A stretch of 64,000 nt of DNA from positions 31,000,001 through 31,064,000 of the forward strand of contig CM060732.1 of the NCBI GenBank assembly GCA_030704615.1, read 5' to 3'. The DNA comes from Takakia lepidozioides (taxonomy: Eukaryota > Plantae > Bryophyta). The notes below the pieces were generated by a model, which saw only the letters and a program-made list of their open reading frames with translations, was not told the DNA's origin and searched no databases. Of the stretch, positions 38,100 to 51,589 are shown piece after piece. Position numbers and translations under genes: made by a program. Every line of letters starts with the position of its first letter. The first letter of the stretch is position 1.

Positions 38100-39071
38100 A
38101 TAGCCAAGCTGATAATCCAGGTCAAGCAATTGAGATCCATTGCTTGCCCCAACACCTGACGACATGATGCCTCAGAAAGAGATGGCACCGCCGTGGTACC
38201 AGTGGTAAAACCCATCGCCCACTTGCGCTCGTCAACATTGGGCTCCACTAATTGCTGCAACTGGCTATCCCACAAGAGGCCAGGTCCACCATCCCGGAAA
38301 GCATGAGATCCTGGAAAGCTGAGTAGTGTAGGCAATGCGGCTCGTGGGTGACCCACCCTATTGACCACTGCCAAAGGTGCTCGGTCATTGTGTCTCACAC
38401 GCTGAGACTGTCTCCCTATGTCCAAAATGCTATCCACCGTCAGGTGTGGTGGCCGCTGCACCCCATCAAATGCACGCTTGAGCAGTGCAGGTGGCATCAA
38501 GTTGGTCCACCATAGTCGTGGGCGATGAGCCCGTGACCCCACTGCAGCTGCGTCCAACAACACTGCTAATCCAAGCCAAGACCGCACTTGATGCACACTG
38601 GCCATCACCTTGGCCCGAGAATCACCCATCAATGGCACATTCTCCAAAATATATGCCGGAGAGTCTGTCTGCTGAAGCTGTAAATAACGTAGGACCCTCA
38701 ACATCTCCCAAAACAGGCGTGACCTTGAGTCTTGTAACCCATTGTCATGCCCGGCTGATGAATGCCCTTCGCAGGGCCAACCTGCAACTACCAAATGAAT
38801 AGGGTCAACCCGCTCCAAATCATGCGCCCCAAGCAAAGAGATGTCTGCTGGCAATGCTGGTTGGTATCCACGAACTGCAGACACTGGCAACAAATCAGGG
38901 TACTGCTGCACCAACGGAGCAACATGGCGCAGTGAGACGCGTCGTGCGCAGTGAGACGTGTCGTGCAGTCTCATCCCTCTCCACATACAGGTAACGTCGA
39001 ACTTGTACACCTGCCTGCAACACTGCAGCCAATCCAGTGCTGATCCCGCCAAACAAGTCCAGAAGGCATAT
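38100..39071 (-). pseudogene. C5 cytosine DNA methyltransferase domain (DNMT3-like), all motifs present, one frameshift
   Basis: I LLDLFGGISTG; II RYLYVERD; IV LVVAGWPC (Cys codon 38771-38773); VI YILENVP; VIII LLDAAAVGSRAHRPRLWWTN; IX ERKWAMGF; X RQVLGQAM. Confidence 0.92.
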
Positions 39072-39185
39072 GCCTTCATCCGGGCACTGCCACACAAGAG
39101 GTGTGGCGTCCAATGGCGACAACTGAGATGGTTCTGGTGCAATCACCGCACTCTCCTCCTCTCCTGACGGTACGAAGGCCTCTAC

Positions 39186-40307
39186 CTAGGCTTGTTGCAC
39201 CCGTCTATCAGCAGCTTGCTGCAAATGCTTGCTCGTACCCCACAATGGAGTGTGAGCAACCATGGCAGGCAACTCCGCCGTACCATGCATGTCATCCTGC
39301 TCTGTTGGAGGTGGCACATCCTCTGCATGGGCATTGCCCTCCAGCAACTCTCCAGGCCAACTAACTGCAGCTGTGAAGGCTACTAGTGTTGGCATCTTGC
39401 CCCGCTGGGCAGCAGCAACACCCCCAATGACTGTCATAAGGAGTTGTACACGACGACCATCCCCTGACTGCCATCCAAGCCTGTAGGATGCTGAATCCTC
39501 CCAAAAATCCAGGGTGAAGCCCATGGGATATAACACTGTCCCACCAACGATGTCATCGTAAGAGACCACATCTGTCACAATGGCCTTGGCTCGCATCACT
39601 GAGCCATCTATAGGATGATCCGGCTGTAGTCTAATGGCCAACTCATGCCGTGTCATGCCCCGAGCCTGCTCTGATCCTCCCAGAGATGTCTGTATCTGGA
39701 AAGAACAAGGCTCCATGTCCGCCTCCATGAGGCCCAAACCTGCAATAGCAGCTCTGCCCAACATCAGTGGCTGAGCTCCCGAGTCCAACAAGACCCACAG
39801 TGGCCGGTACCTCTTGCCTGCCGGTCCACTCAAAGAAAAAATGTCATCCTGGTTGTCTAACAAGACAACTCCAGGTGTCACCATGGCGCGCTCAAAGGCT
39901 GGCATAGCTGGCAGCTCCGTCAACCTGGCAACTGCAGCTTGCCATGGCGCAGCCGTGGCAGTCTTGACCCTCAAATCCGAGGATCCCTCTGCCACTACAC
40001 CCTCCACTAACTCCGCAGAAGATGAAGTGACCTCCCCACTCTCGGAGAGTGTTGCTGCTAGTCTGAACACTGCAGCTGGTCTTACCCCCGGCGTCGCAAT
40101 CATGGTTGCCGAGAATAGTGGGGCTTGACACACAGAGGTGGCTGCCCCCAACAATACACTGGCTGCACTAGTCTTGGCAGCAGGTGTCAGTGCTGCACGT
40201 GTAGCTCTCCCTAATGACACAATAACGGCCTTTGTATCTGTCGGACGAGAACTAGGTGTCATGGATGTCGTCGACACTGTCTCCCCCAAGATGAATGATT
40301 GAGGCAA
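39186..40307 (-). CDS. Linker and aspartic protease, copy 2
   Basis: VLLDSGAQP motif; colinear with 21004-22520. Confidence 0.85.
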   Translation of the reverse strand: MPQSFILGETVSTTSMTPSSRPTDTKAVIVSLGRATRAALTPAAKTSAASVLLGAATSVCQAPLFSATMIATPGVRPAAVFRLAATLSESGEVTSSSAELVEGVVAEGSSDLRVKTATAAPWQAAVARLTELPAMPAFERAMVTPGVVLLDNQDDIFSLSGPAGKRYRPLWVLLDSGAQPLMLGRAAIAGLGLMEADMEPCSFQIQTSLGGSEQARGMTRHELAIRLQPDHPIDGSVMRAKAIVTDVVSYDDIVGGTVLYPMGFTLDFWEDSASYRLGWQSGDGRRVQLLMTVIGGVAAAQRGKMPTLVAFTAAVSWPGELLEGNAHAEDVPPPTEQDDMHGTAELPAMVAHTPLWGTSKHLQQAADRRVQQA

Positions 40308-40399
40308 CCTAGCCTGACGGCTTGCCTCCCCATGCTATGGATCTAACTCCACCTCTGCACCTCGTGGCTCAGGAACTCGTGCTGCTCCTCGAGTGACGG

Positions 40400-41727
40400 C
40401 TGCAGCAGACTCCACCTGCACTAGTGGTAGTGCTGCCCCCACACATAAATCCCATGCCTCCCATGTCTCATCTGTCCTGGGCATCTCCATGCCCATACTT
40501 GCTACAATGCCCACACTGCAACTGTGCATGCAGTGCTTGTGCCGGCCTTTTGCCACTCTCTGGGTAATCTTTCTTGACATGGGGTCCTCCACATGTCCAA
40601 CATATCATCCCTGGTTGTTGTTGGCTTGCAAAAGATGCTACTGGCCTCTGCATCTGAGGTCCCATGTAAGCTCCATGGAATTTGGGTTGAGAAACCTTGC
40701 CCCCCTGACCACGCTATTGGGTAGTCCCTTGTGCCTGTTGGCTGGCAATTGCGCCTCGTGCAGGCATGTCCTTGTTAAATCCAATGGTAGCAACTCGCTC
40801 CTCCACCATGTTGAGCTCAATCCGCTCAGCCAGCAGAAACACATATGCTAATGTGGGTTGGGCTGCTTCTAACAGGGTTGCATCCCGCACCCTTCTCCTG
40901 AGCTCCTTGTCCAAAATTCCATACCAGAACTAGATTGCCTGAGCTTCAGTAACCCCTTGGGTCACATTTATCAAGCGCCTCATACGAGTGTAGGCCTCTC
41001 ACAAGCTCTCACTGGATTTGTGCTGGAAGTCTTGCAAACTTCGCAGCTTCTCTGTCCGTACACCTTGCTAGTTCCTCCGCAACTCCTGGAAGAACTCCAC
41101 CACTGGGTTGAATCTAGGCACATGTGTTGTTGTCGTAGCAGGAGGAGTAGTAGCACCTTTTGAACTCATACCACCTGCAGAAGTACCGGCACTACTTGTT
41201 CCACTACTAGTGCTGGCAGTGGGAGATATTGGTGCTGATGCAGCTACTGGTCGCGTCGTGCCTCGAGTAATGGAGACGTAGTTAGGTGACCAATACATCC
41301 TCCACTCCTCAATCTCTGCTTCATGTCCTCGCCTGAACTCGTGGTAATCATCGATAGGTGGGCCTTCCAAATGCTGGAACAGTCCCTTCCACGCCATGAA
41401 TGGGGTGAACAGCTGTGGATTGCGCATCTGCTGCAAATCACACTAGCTGTCGAACTCCTGGATAAAGTCATCCGGCTCGATTGTGCCCATAGCTCCAGAG
41501 TACCTACGAGGCCCCTTGGTAGCTCCATACATCTCCTCCATGTCGTCCCACAACAATGGCGAATGAAACTGCACACCTGTTGATGAAGCCTCCGAGTCTG
41601 TGTCTGACTCTGCACTAGTTAAGGATGGAGGTGAAGGTGGTCTGAAACGAACACCTCGTCTGGTGAACCCACTCTCACTGCTACTGCCTGTAGCTGTACT
41701 CCCCTCAAAACCCTTGGGTAACTCCGT
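40400..41727 (-). pseudogene. gag: gag, copy 2
   Basis: TRRGVRFRPPSP, DDFIQEFDS, CWTCGGPH, CGHCSKYGH; in-frame stops. Confidence 0.85.
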
Positions 41728-42872
41728 GATGACACTCACAACCCGCACCTCCCCCACGTGACACTATAAGGCTCTAGTACTAATTCTAATAGTGACACGG
41801 GTGAGCACCTGTTGCGGATTAAGGGTCATATCCCAGTGGCTAAGGGCACCTGCATCTGCATCCACCGCAAGAACTCCTATGGTTGGCTGGTCATCAACCC
41901 AGCCTCACCAAAGAAAAAACACCGGTGGTCTTGTTGGTCATCAATCCAGCTTCACCACTGACAGCATACTCTAGAATTGACCGGTGATCAAATCCGGCCT
42001 AATCCCTATGAAAGCAAGCGAACACACAAAACCAACATGGTGCACAGTCAAGCATGCAGATATGGGGGGGATCCAAACACAAGAAACCAAAACATCAACA
42101 CCCCTACACCAAAATCCCTCCACAGTACTGCTCCTGCAGAATACCCCAGCCCAAAAACCCCGGACTGACTGGCCTCCACCAAGAGAGGCTTTGGCAACTA
42201 CAAGTACAAAGTAATGAAAATAGTAAAGAGAGGGAGGGGAAGAATAGAGGTCCGACCAAGCAAGATCTAATTCTGATCTATGCTATCAACTGCCAGACTT
42301 CTCTCAAAGTGTCTCTCTCTGCATGATGGTAAGGTGTGGGAGGTATATCTATATCCAGAAACCTGCCACTAACCTTATCCCAAGCTACAGTAGCTCGCTC
42401 TAATCAACCCTCCTCCTCTCTCTGCCAGGTAGAGACAAAACAATACTCCCCTATCTCCCGCTCGCTGAATACTAAAGAAAATAAAGGTAGGGTCTGAAAG
42501 TCTCTCAACTCGAAAGCTTTGAGACGGTTGCGGGTGTCCTCGTTGCGAATGACTGCATCTCCTTCAAGCAGAACAAACTGTTTGTTGCTAATGAACCCCC
42601 GTTCGTGGTTGCCTCGTGCAGAGCGTGTCCGGCTGCAACCACGTCTGATTGCAAAAAGTTGTGCAGCTCTTGCTCCTCTGCTCCAGTACACCACGGCCTT
42701 GTGGCTGAACACCTTGAGTCCCCGGGGCTGTCTTTGGCTGTGTTCCAAGCCTAGCTTCCACCCACTTTGGTATTTCACCTACAGCTACAGAACTGCTTGC
42801 TCCAACAGAGTTCTGACTGTTCAAAGCAATATTGAGGCCCTCAACGCCAACTACAACAGTTTGTTGTCTATT

Positions 42873-42900
42873 CACTACAACAGATTGCGGCTTTTATGAC
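42873..42900. mobile_element. CACTA terminal sequence CACTACAACAGATTGCGGCTTTTATGAC
   Basis: CACTA start followed by TATGAC/GTCATA-rich subterminal repeats to ~43210, downstream of the transposase. The partner TIR was not found. Confidence 0.65.
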
Positions 42901-44551
42901 TCCCATGGGTGCGCAGTCACGACCAATTTGTGGCAGAAATGCCATTTGCAGTCGTAAATGCCTTTTGAAGTCATAACATAGATCACGACGAAGCCGGTTA
43001 TGCGACTGTATGACTCCGAACTTTGCGCAACACAGGTCAAATACCCTTTGACCAGGAATATTGCCATGGTGGATATGACTACCAGTCAGGGTCATGCCCA
43101 TACGTGAATGACGTGTGCATATTGCTAGACGGACATATGACTTCATGACTGCCACTCTAATGTATTCTACCAGATCATCACATGTCGTCATGATATGGAG
43201 AGTCTGTGACATGGAACAACTTATGAGGTGTCTACATATGATTGGTTAAGTGGCTTTGATATTGTGGTGCGGGGGATGCAAGTGAAGGGAACGGTTGCAC
43301 ACGAAGCAGCTTAGTAGGCCGTTGGCGCTTTGTGGAGAAGAATGGAACGTGAAGCCAACATGCTAGAGAGGCGATCTGGAACCGCATCTGTTTGTGACGT
43401 TACGTTCAAATGGCGGCGTGCATTTTAGTGTTTGTTGATCGCCGACAACATCAAAAGCAAGCCTCATACTGCGGAATGACAAACGAACAAATGATGCATT
43501 CAGGGGATAGATAAATTCATGCAAATCAAAAAATTCACTCATGAGAGTGATGCAAAACATGGGCTCAACAAAAGTCTTTGGGCAGTGACCAAGAACACCA
43601 ACAAAATATGAAATCCAATACACTCTAACATATCGCCTTGTGCATGTCGTCCCTGTAGTAGGCCATCCCGGAGCTCCACGCCGTGTGCTACTGGAATAGA
43701 AGCTTGGCAATACGGTCTGTTCCGATCCACCCACTTTGCCATGGGGGGGTTTTCTAAGAATGGGAGAGCCCATGAATTCAGCTTCTTGTATGATAAAACA
43801 ACTGAGATAACAGCTCATGTTGTTCTCTCTAATGTACATATCCCCAATGACCTGCCCCAAGCTAGAACAGCAACATGATGACATCAGGGAATAATGATGT
43901 GGTGCAAGGCATGGAACACCTGCAAGGCAGCAACATTGTAGTGTTGAATGTACTGCACCCTGCTTGAGCCATTCACAGATGGGGGACTATACAAGTGAGT
44001 CACATGGTGTTAGCTGGGGCATGAGAGAAACTGCCCATAAAATGCATCTATGCAAATAACCCACTCAACCAGCCAGAGCATCATCTATGCGGATTGCCAG
44101 ATTCTTTTGGGGAAAAATGAAAATATGATAAGTAGGGACCAAGCTTAAAAGCACTCCATTGGTATTCAATGGTCCATAAACACGAGCCTGCCCAATATAA
44201 GACCCACAAAATCACTGGGGCAATTATGTAATGTAAACTGGAAGGCACATGCACTTTGTCAACAATGTACCCAAAGGCAGAACTGATGTGTAAATTTGCA
44301 TGCCGTTCCAAAGTCTATAGTGACATAAATGTCATGACACGTTGCCAGACAGACACGCCATGTAAGTTGGACACCTCCAACACCCTGCAAAAAGGACACC
44401 CCCAAGGGCAACCCTTAGTGCCAGTCTTATGAATCCCACATTATTCATGAATCAACCGGGATTACATATTCAATTTTGCCCAATACCACCCTTCATATAC
44501 TTGAGATAGAGGAAGGCAGTTGGGGGGGAAAGTCATACCTCATTCTAGGTA

Positions 44552-47500
44552 CTAGTACACATCCACATCAACCAACTCCTCATCACTGGACTCTGAATCT
44601 CCATCGCAACTGTCCTCCGTGGGACATGGATGTGCTTCCTCAGATCGCATGTCTCTGTAAAGTGAAGCAACCTCTTCAGGTGTCACTTGGATGGTCTGGC
44701 CCACCCTGTCACTAGCAACGTTGGTCTCTTCAATGTGATTGGGGGCTAAGAGGCCTGATACACTTGCAATATCATCGTTGCAAATGCTCACATCAGAAAC
44801 AGCCCTGCGTGACCTGGGGTTTTTTTCCAGCACCACGTTCCATCTCGGTTCATTCACACACTCAGAGAAAAAAACTTGCTCGACCTGTGATGGGAGCACA
44901 AAAGGCTGTTCAAGTGGAGGCAACAAGTGGGAGAAATTCACCAATGTGAAGCCAGACTCATCCTGCTTCATTGACACAAGCTGAGAGCCCACACGTCGTG
45001 CACGTACCCATGAACACAATAGCACCGTGGTGTTTGTGGAGCCATAATCCAATTCTAAAATCTCCTTTATGACACCCACATACCGTACCTGCTCACGGTC
45101 AATGCAAGTACTGTCATGCTGGAAAACAGTAGAGACCCCCGAGTCATATGTCACAAAGGGGCTGTTGAGTCCATCTGAAGTAACCCTGAAGTGGTTTCCA
45201 TAAGCCGACATGCTCTTGTATGATGTTGCGATTACTGATGGGGGTTTGGACATGTCCAACAATTCCTTGCAGGCTGAATCAGTAGCATGGTTGGCAACAC
45301 TTGGCACATGCTGGCGGACTGCTTTTACCAGCCATTCTGCAAAGTGAGGGAGAGCACGGATCTTGTTATGGTTAGTAGCATTTTCAGTCTCCAACCTGCA
45401 TTTCTCCACCTCATAGGACCTGCCAACACACGCACAACCACAGAAATTTATCTAGTGCAACCCCTGCAGCCGATGGAAGAACTACTGCACACACACCTAT
45501 ACAAAGCATACCCATGCATAGCAAGTACCAGAACGTTTGCCACTTACCCCAACATAATGCTCAAACTGGGATGGTTGTGAATGACATAGTCGTGGACAAG
45601 CTGCAACAATTCGAGGGTCAACCTCCGTGGTCGACCAACTCCTTCCAATACCCAGCCCGACACTGATTCCTCCTCTCCTGCATCCCACACTCTCCGCCTA
45701 GTAGCATCAACAGAAGACAAGTACTCTATACAAAATCCCAATGCCTCGTCAAACACGTAGCCCTCTGCCATACTGCCCTCAGGCTTTGCCAAGTTTCGCA
45801 CATACCCTTTAAAATCCTTCATTGCTCTCTCCACCGGGTACATCCACCGAGAAGCTACAGGTCCACACAAATCCACCTCATCCACCAAGTGGATAAGTAA
45901 ATGTGTCATAACATCAAAAAATGAGGGTGGGAACTCTTTCTCCAGAAGACAAAGAGTCACTGCCACCTCCTTCTTCAATTCCTCATGCTCGGTGGGATCA
46001 ATGAATTTTGCACAAAGCTTGCGAAACACACGGGACACTCTTAGTATGGCATTGCGAACCCCAGGCGCCATCAACCCACGTAGAGCAAGTGGGAGGATCT
46101 GTTGCATTAGCACGTGATAATCATGTGACTTCAATTGGCTCAACTTTTGTTTGACCACATGTTTTTTGAAAGCAGAGGCATAGCCAGTGGGTACTTTCAG
46201 ATTCGTGATAATCTCCAGGAACACCCGCCGCTCTGGTTTTGTGAGCACATATGGCGCATCAGGCATTACCAATGTATCCACTCTGGTGGGATGGCGTCGT
46301 AACCAAAGAGGCTTTTGAATGCCCTGCAATTCCATATCGCGGCGAACTTGCATCGTGTCCTTCTCGCCGAAAATAGTCTTGATTATGTTCTCCGTCACGT
46401 TGTTCTCGCAATGCATGGTATCAAAAGTGTGGCGGATGATAAGATGCTGCACCATGTGGTCTAACAAATTAGGCACATTGCAATGCAGTCATGAATGATG
46501 TTTACAGCACAGGTTCAGTAAACAAACAATCATGCACAATGAAAAACCAATGCACTGTTTTGTTCCCAAAACACATGTGTGGTAATCGCACCTCCCAGTA
46601 AGGCAAGTCAAACAGAATGGACAATCGTTTTACGCCATGGAGCTTGGAGGGATCGTTCTGTGCGCCTACAGTCCCACCATCATCAATCCATTGTTTGTAG
46701 TGTCGTGCACGCTCCTTGATTTCGGTGGCTGTCACTGTATGTGGAGCAGGTGTCATGTCTCGCGCCCCATTAAAAAGTCTGGATCTTCTATAGGCATGAT
46801 TGTGGGGAAGATAGCGTCGATGCCCCTGGAATATCAATTTCTTACAAGCTGGGGAATATCTGGAATTGACTTGAGGTCCACATGCTGGACAAGCAGAGTA
46901 CCCTTGGTGAACCTGACCTGATAACAAGCCATAGGCGGGGAAGTCATGTATGGACCACATGAGGATTGCACGCATGTTAAAAACCCGCTCTCCTTCAATG
47001 GCTGCCACATCCACGGCTGCAACTCCCACCCACAATGTCGTTAGCTCCTCCACTAGTGGTTGCAGGTAAACATCCACATTTTCACTTGTCACAGATTCCT
47101 TTCCAGGAATGAGGAGTGTTAACATGACAAAAAATTTCTTCGTTACCAACCATGGAGGTAGATTATAATTGAGCACCATGATGGGCCGGGTGGACCAAGA
47201 AGTGGATTTGGTGCCATAAGGATTGACCCCATCCAGTGCCAATCCAAGACGCAGATTTCTTGGATCTGAAGCAAAATCCGGCCATGTGTTGTCAATATGG
47301 CACCAAGCCTTACTGTCTGCAGCATGCCGGACCATGCCATCTGCACTTCTATGATTGTTGTGCCACTTCATGAGCTCTGCCAGCGTCTTAACTCAAAACA
47401 TCCGTTTCAATCTAGGTATGAGAGGAAAGTATCGCAACACCTTCTTGGGCACCTTCCCACGGCCGTCCATGTATCGACGACTATGGCACTTGGGGCAATT

Positions 47501-48089
47501 AGCAGCCTTTTTGAGGTCTCCACGAAACAATACACATCCACGCTCACAGGCATGGATCTGTTTGTATCCTAGACCCATCATGGCGATCATATTTTTGGCC
47601 TCATACTGCGATTTGGGCAAGGTGTTTTGTTTGGGCAAAATCTCCAGCCTCAACAATGAAAATAACTCATCCACAAATGCGTTGGTACATCTGTGCGCAA
47701 GAATTGAGCAACATCAATGTGGCAGTCAATCGGTTGTGAACGCTCCCATCGTATAAGGGGATTTGGGACTCTCGCATGAGTTTTCCATGGTGAAGATCAT
47801 TTGGCGCGCCTGCTTCTTCTCCGCCCATATTTTCCCCATCAGGCATTTAAGAGGGATTTGCGCCATTCTCAACAGCCTCATCATTGTCCAAGTGAAGGGC
47901 ATTTGGGGCAGGTGTGGGATTCTCCCGGAGGGTATCTGATATTTCAAATGCATCTTGCACAGCACGGGCAATCTGGCCCCGTAGCCCATTGCCGTCTTGT
48001 CCATCCAAATTGACGTCGTTTGCAACACTCTCTAGGCTACATTCAGCCTCCACTTCAGAGTCGGATGTAATGTAGCCCTGTGAACGCAA
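44552..48089 (-). pseudogene. CACTA/En-Spm TnpD-type transposase (Transposase_21, DUF4218 and DUF4216 regions), intron-containing
   Basis: IHACERGCVLF..CPKC; MKWH...DPRNLRLGLALDGVNPY; DTMHCENN; KSHDYHVLMQ; FFDVMTHLLIHL; RWMYPVER; PEGSMAEGY; QPFVLPSQVEQVFF. Confidence 0.93.
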
Positions 48090-49192
48090 ATGAAATCATA
48101 AATTGGGATACGATGAACAGGCTTTTTTCAAAACTCCCAGATTATGAAATTTCAGTTAAACATTGTTATGTAAGCAAACACTTTGTAGAATTGCACTAGT
48201 TCAATACATGTGAATGCTACAAGTCTCCCCCGCACTTGCGAATCAGGAGACGAAATTGGTCGGCCACAGACTTCATTTCAAAGCAGCTTGTGGAGCTCAG
48301 ACACAAACACAAATGAAAACTACTCTCATATAATATGGCAAAGTAGGAACACAGTTTTCATCGAAAAACAAAACAAACATACCCTCTGTGATAGAGGGAG
48401 ACATCCTCACATACAGACAGCTATCTGCACAGACCAACAAAGTGAAAGCTCTCAACAAATATGCCCAAGTGGGCAGTGCGTTGAAGGCATGACACATGGC
48501 AACAAACTGCCAAAAGCCCAAAATGCATATTGCCTTCACACATGGCAGTCAACAACGACCATGTAGTCATGACCCTGACTACATGACTCCAGTACAACCA
48601 ATGGAAGAACACCACGTAGTTGAAATGTCCATGATCCACGGTCATGAAGTCATGGACATGACTACTCTGACGCACTACCGACTACATGACTCCATCACTA
48701 CGACTCCATGACTCCAATACATCCAACGGAAGAACGACACGTAGTTCGGACTCCAGTCACTCCCACGACTGTCCAAAATGCGGACATGCGCGGGCGTGCT
48801 GCGAGCATGTCAGAGTGCGTGCGTCGTGCAAGGCGTACCGGGACTGTACACTGTCGAAGGTTTGGGTCCAGGCTAAACCGTAGACCTCTCACATTTAAAA
48901 AAAAAAAAACCCTAATGACAAGCCCCTGCAATGCGATGTCTGACAACCCCAAACTAAAGTATTCGGGTCAGTTGAGCACTCCGGTTGAGGTGGAATGCTC
49001 TCCTGCGAGATTTAGGCCACAACACTAGGGTGAGCCGCCTCTCAGTATACTCACAGTGGGTGCGAACCAAACAACTCCGCCTCAACCTCTTTGTTGCGAG
49101 CAATGCAGGTCTCCCTTAGCTTCTCATACGCAGTCAGAGGACCGCACGGGGAGGGCCTGACCATGGCAGTCTGACATCAGCTGCAAAGACCC

Positions 49193-51589
49193 TTGCACAC
49201 CCCCTGTGTAAGTACAATGTATACAACGAGAGCGGGGTTTCGGCTAACAGCTCAACAACTCCGTGTGCGCAGGAAAGATGAGAAACTGTGGCGACTAGAG
49301 GAGGCGCATGCCATTGCACAAGGGCACCGCAAAATATTGTGCAACTGCAAAATATGCCATGGAGGGATCTCGCAGTTTCTACCGATGGCCAAAAAACACC
49401 TAACAAACCCGCATCCTTGTCTTTTGGGTTTACGAGTTTTTCTACATTCCCAGTGTTGGGATTGCATTGCTAAGTACACAGAATGATGGTTGTGAGGCGA
49501 CGCCTGTCTCCACACTATCATGGCGCACCATGAAGAGAGCGGGATTGGTTAATTTCTTCATGGGACGAGGATTGCAGGCTTCTTGCTCCGAAACCAAAGC
49601 GTGCTTGCCGTCGACCTCCACTACCCACGGGACCACCCAGACGCAGTGGAAGGCTAGAAACAATGGCCGACGAGGCACGACCGTATGTAGACGAAGACGA
49701 GGAGGAGGATTTGTTGTGTGTCCCTGCGGGCGAGCACACTGGCGATTCTAGCGAAGATATTCTTCGCCACCCAGCTCCTGCACCCTCGCTTCCCCAGAAA
49801 CGCCCGTCGCCGGCAAAATCACCATCTGTAAGCACCTCCTCACTATGACGCCACATCTTCAGCATTTCTATGCATTCACATGCTCAGCATACCCATGAAG
49901 GAAGCATGCAAATGTACAGAACATGTCTGAGACTTTCTTAGCATTCCAGGATGTAAATGCACTTCCCACACAGAAGAGGTTGAAAGGTGGAAGCCACAGA
50001 AAATCTGGCAGTGGACGTGGCACAACTTTGAATGCAATCACATTTGGAAAGTTCTCACTTTGGGAATTTCACATTGGGGAGATGGCATTGCTAGAAAAAT
50101 TGGGATGTAGGAAGGAAGGGATGCCCGAGCATATAGGCAGTGAAACCCCACAATGGGATAGGAAATCAACCCCTTTTGCTATATCTTCATCGTGTACATA
50201 GTTTGGGTTAAAGTCAAAGGCTCTTACTAAGAGGTTGATACATAGTGATGTTTCTGTTTACAACTAAAATGCAATGTCCATTCAAATGAGTCCATCTACC
50301 CACTGATGCAAGTACTTGTATGCACGCTTTGATACAAGCATGCCAATGGTTTTTGAGGTCTCCTCACTAGGTAGGCTTTGGAATTGGCCATGTAGATTTG
50401 GCTCAGCCCCCACTTTTCTGAATGGGTAAACAGAAGTGTGGGGCACCTGATGAGTCTGAGGGGATGAGGACCTGCTCATAGGAGGATGAGTACAATCAAA
50501 GCTTTAAAATGGCAGGTGCACGGCGTTAATTTGTTCTAAGTTGCCATGATTTCATTTGAATGCTTTGATTGACTTTAATGTTTGAATTGGTTTTTATTCT
50601 GTGCAGGCCAGGAAGAGGCGAGCTTCCATCGAAGGCGCTGCAGCTGTGGTGGGCAGTCCATCGGGGCGGGGGTTGTTCAAACAAGTCAACCCTGCTACAA
50701 ACAAGTCCCCAAGCGCAGAACGACCACCTCCACGACCTATTCCACAGTACCCTCCGTACACACATTACCCACATGCCTACCCCACCCCCGATCAGTATGG
50801 CGCTGCGGGCCCTTACAACCCGCACATCCAATACAAGCCCCCTCCAGGTGGTTACCCACAGCGCCATATGCCCATTCTCCTCCACCTATTCCCCCTTACC
50901 TCCTAGACCCACATGCTTACCCGGCATCTACACGTCCACCATACGAACCTTTTGGGCCATACGGTGGGCGATACTGTCCCGCCCCCCATTCCCCATGGCA
51001 ACCCCCAGCTGCCCCACCACCTGAGGTGGCAAAGGAAGAGACCCCTATGACCAAGAAGGAGCGAGCTAATGCTTTGAGGCGGGCGAACAGGCGTGCCAGG
51101 GCAGAGGCAATCCGAAACCATGATGCGCGAGACGAAGATGGACTCCCCCCTCAAGTGCTTCCGGTTGACAAAGCTGGAGAGCCCATTGGACCAGCACGCA
51201 ATACCTCGCATGTAGCCCTCAAAGGCCAGATGTGGCGTTTGTGTGACATGTCAATGCATATTGCAGCGCAGGATGAATCTGTCATTGAAGAAATATATAG
51301 GATTCTAAACTCTACATTTGCGTACACGCCACGTGGTCTTGACTATGAGCACATGAGGAAGACACTTGGCATTGCCTTGAAAACCCAAAGACACGAGATC
51401 CATGCAATGTACAAGGCAGGTGAGGGGAGGCCTGCGCATCTGAAGGAAGCTCATTGGGACAGGCTGGTATCGTATTGGCAGACAGCAGGATTCAACGCAA
51501 AAAGTGCCCTCATGAAGGTTGCAAATTCATCAATCAAGAAGCCTTCAAAAACAGGACGTGGTGGGAAGGCATCTGTTGAGGCTCGGCTT
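49193..51589 (+). CDS. CACTA TnpA/Ptta-like gene, spliced, 3' part missing
   Basis: ILCNCKICH...KKHL zinc-ribbon-like piece at ~49335. Exon 50607-51589 (AG acceptor, GTAAGT donor) has HWDRLVSYWQT...KTGRGG, resembling Transposase_24. Confidence 0.55.

Larger units (their letters stand above)
34396..42872 (-). mobile_element. Ty3/Gypsy LTR retrotransposon with DNMT and PHD domains, copy 2
   Basis: Same domain order as copy 1 on the minus strand. PPT at 34485-34492; 3' LTR starts at 34480. Leader 41760-42200 is homologous to 19150-19620. The 5' side abuts a CACTA terminus at 42873. Confidence 0.9.

Noticed and set aside
42404-42899. Protein-coding ORFs upstream of copy 2
   Set aside because: No motifs; more likely the LTR body cut by the CACTA terminus.
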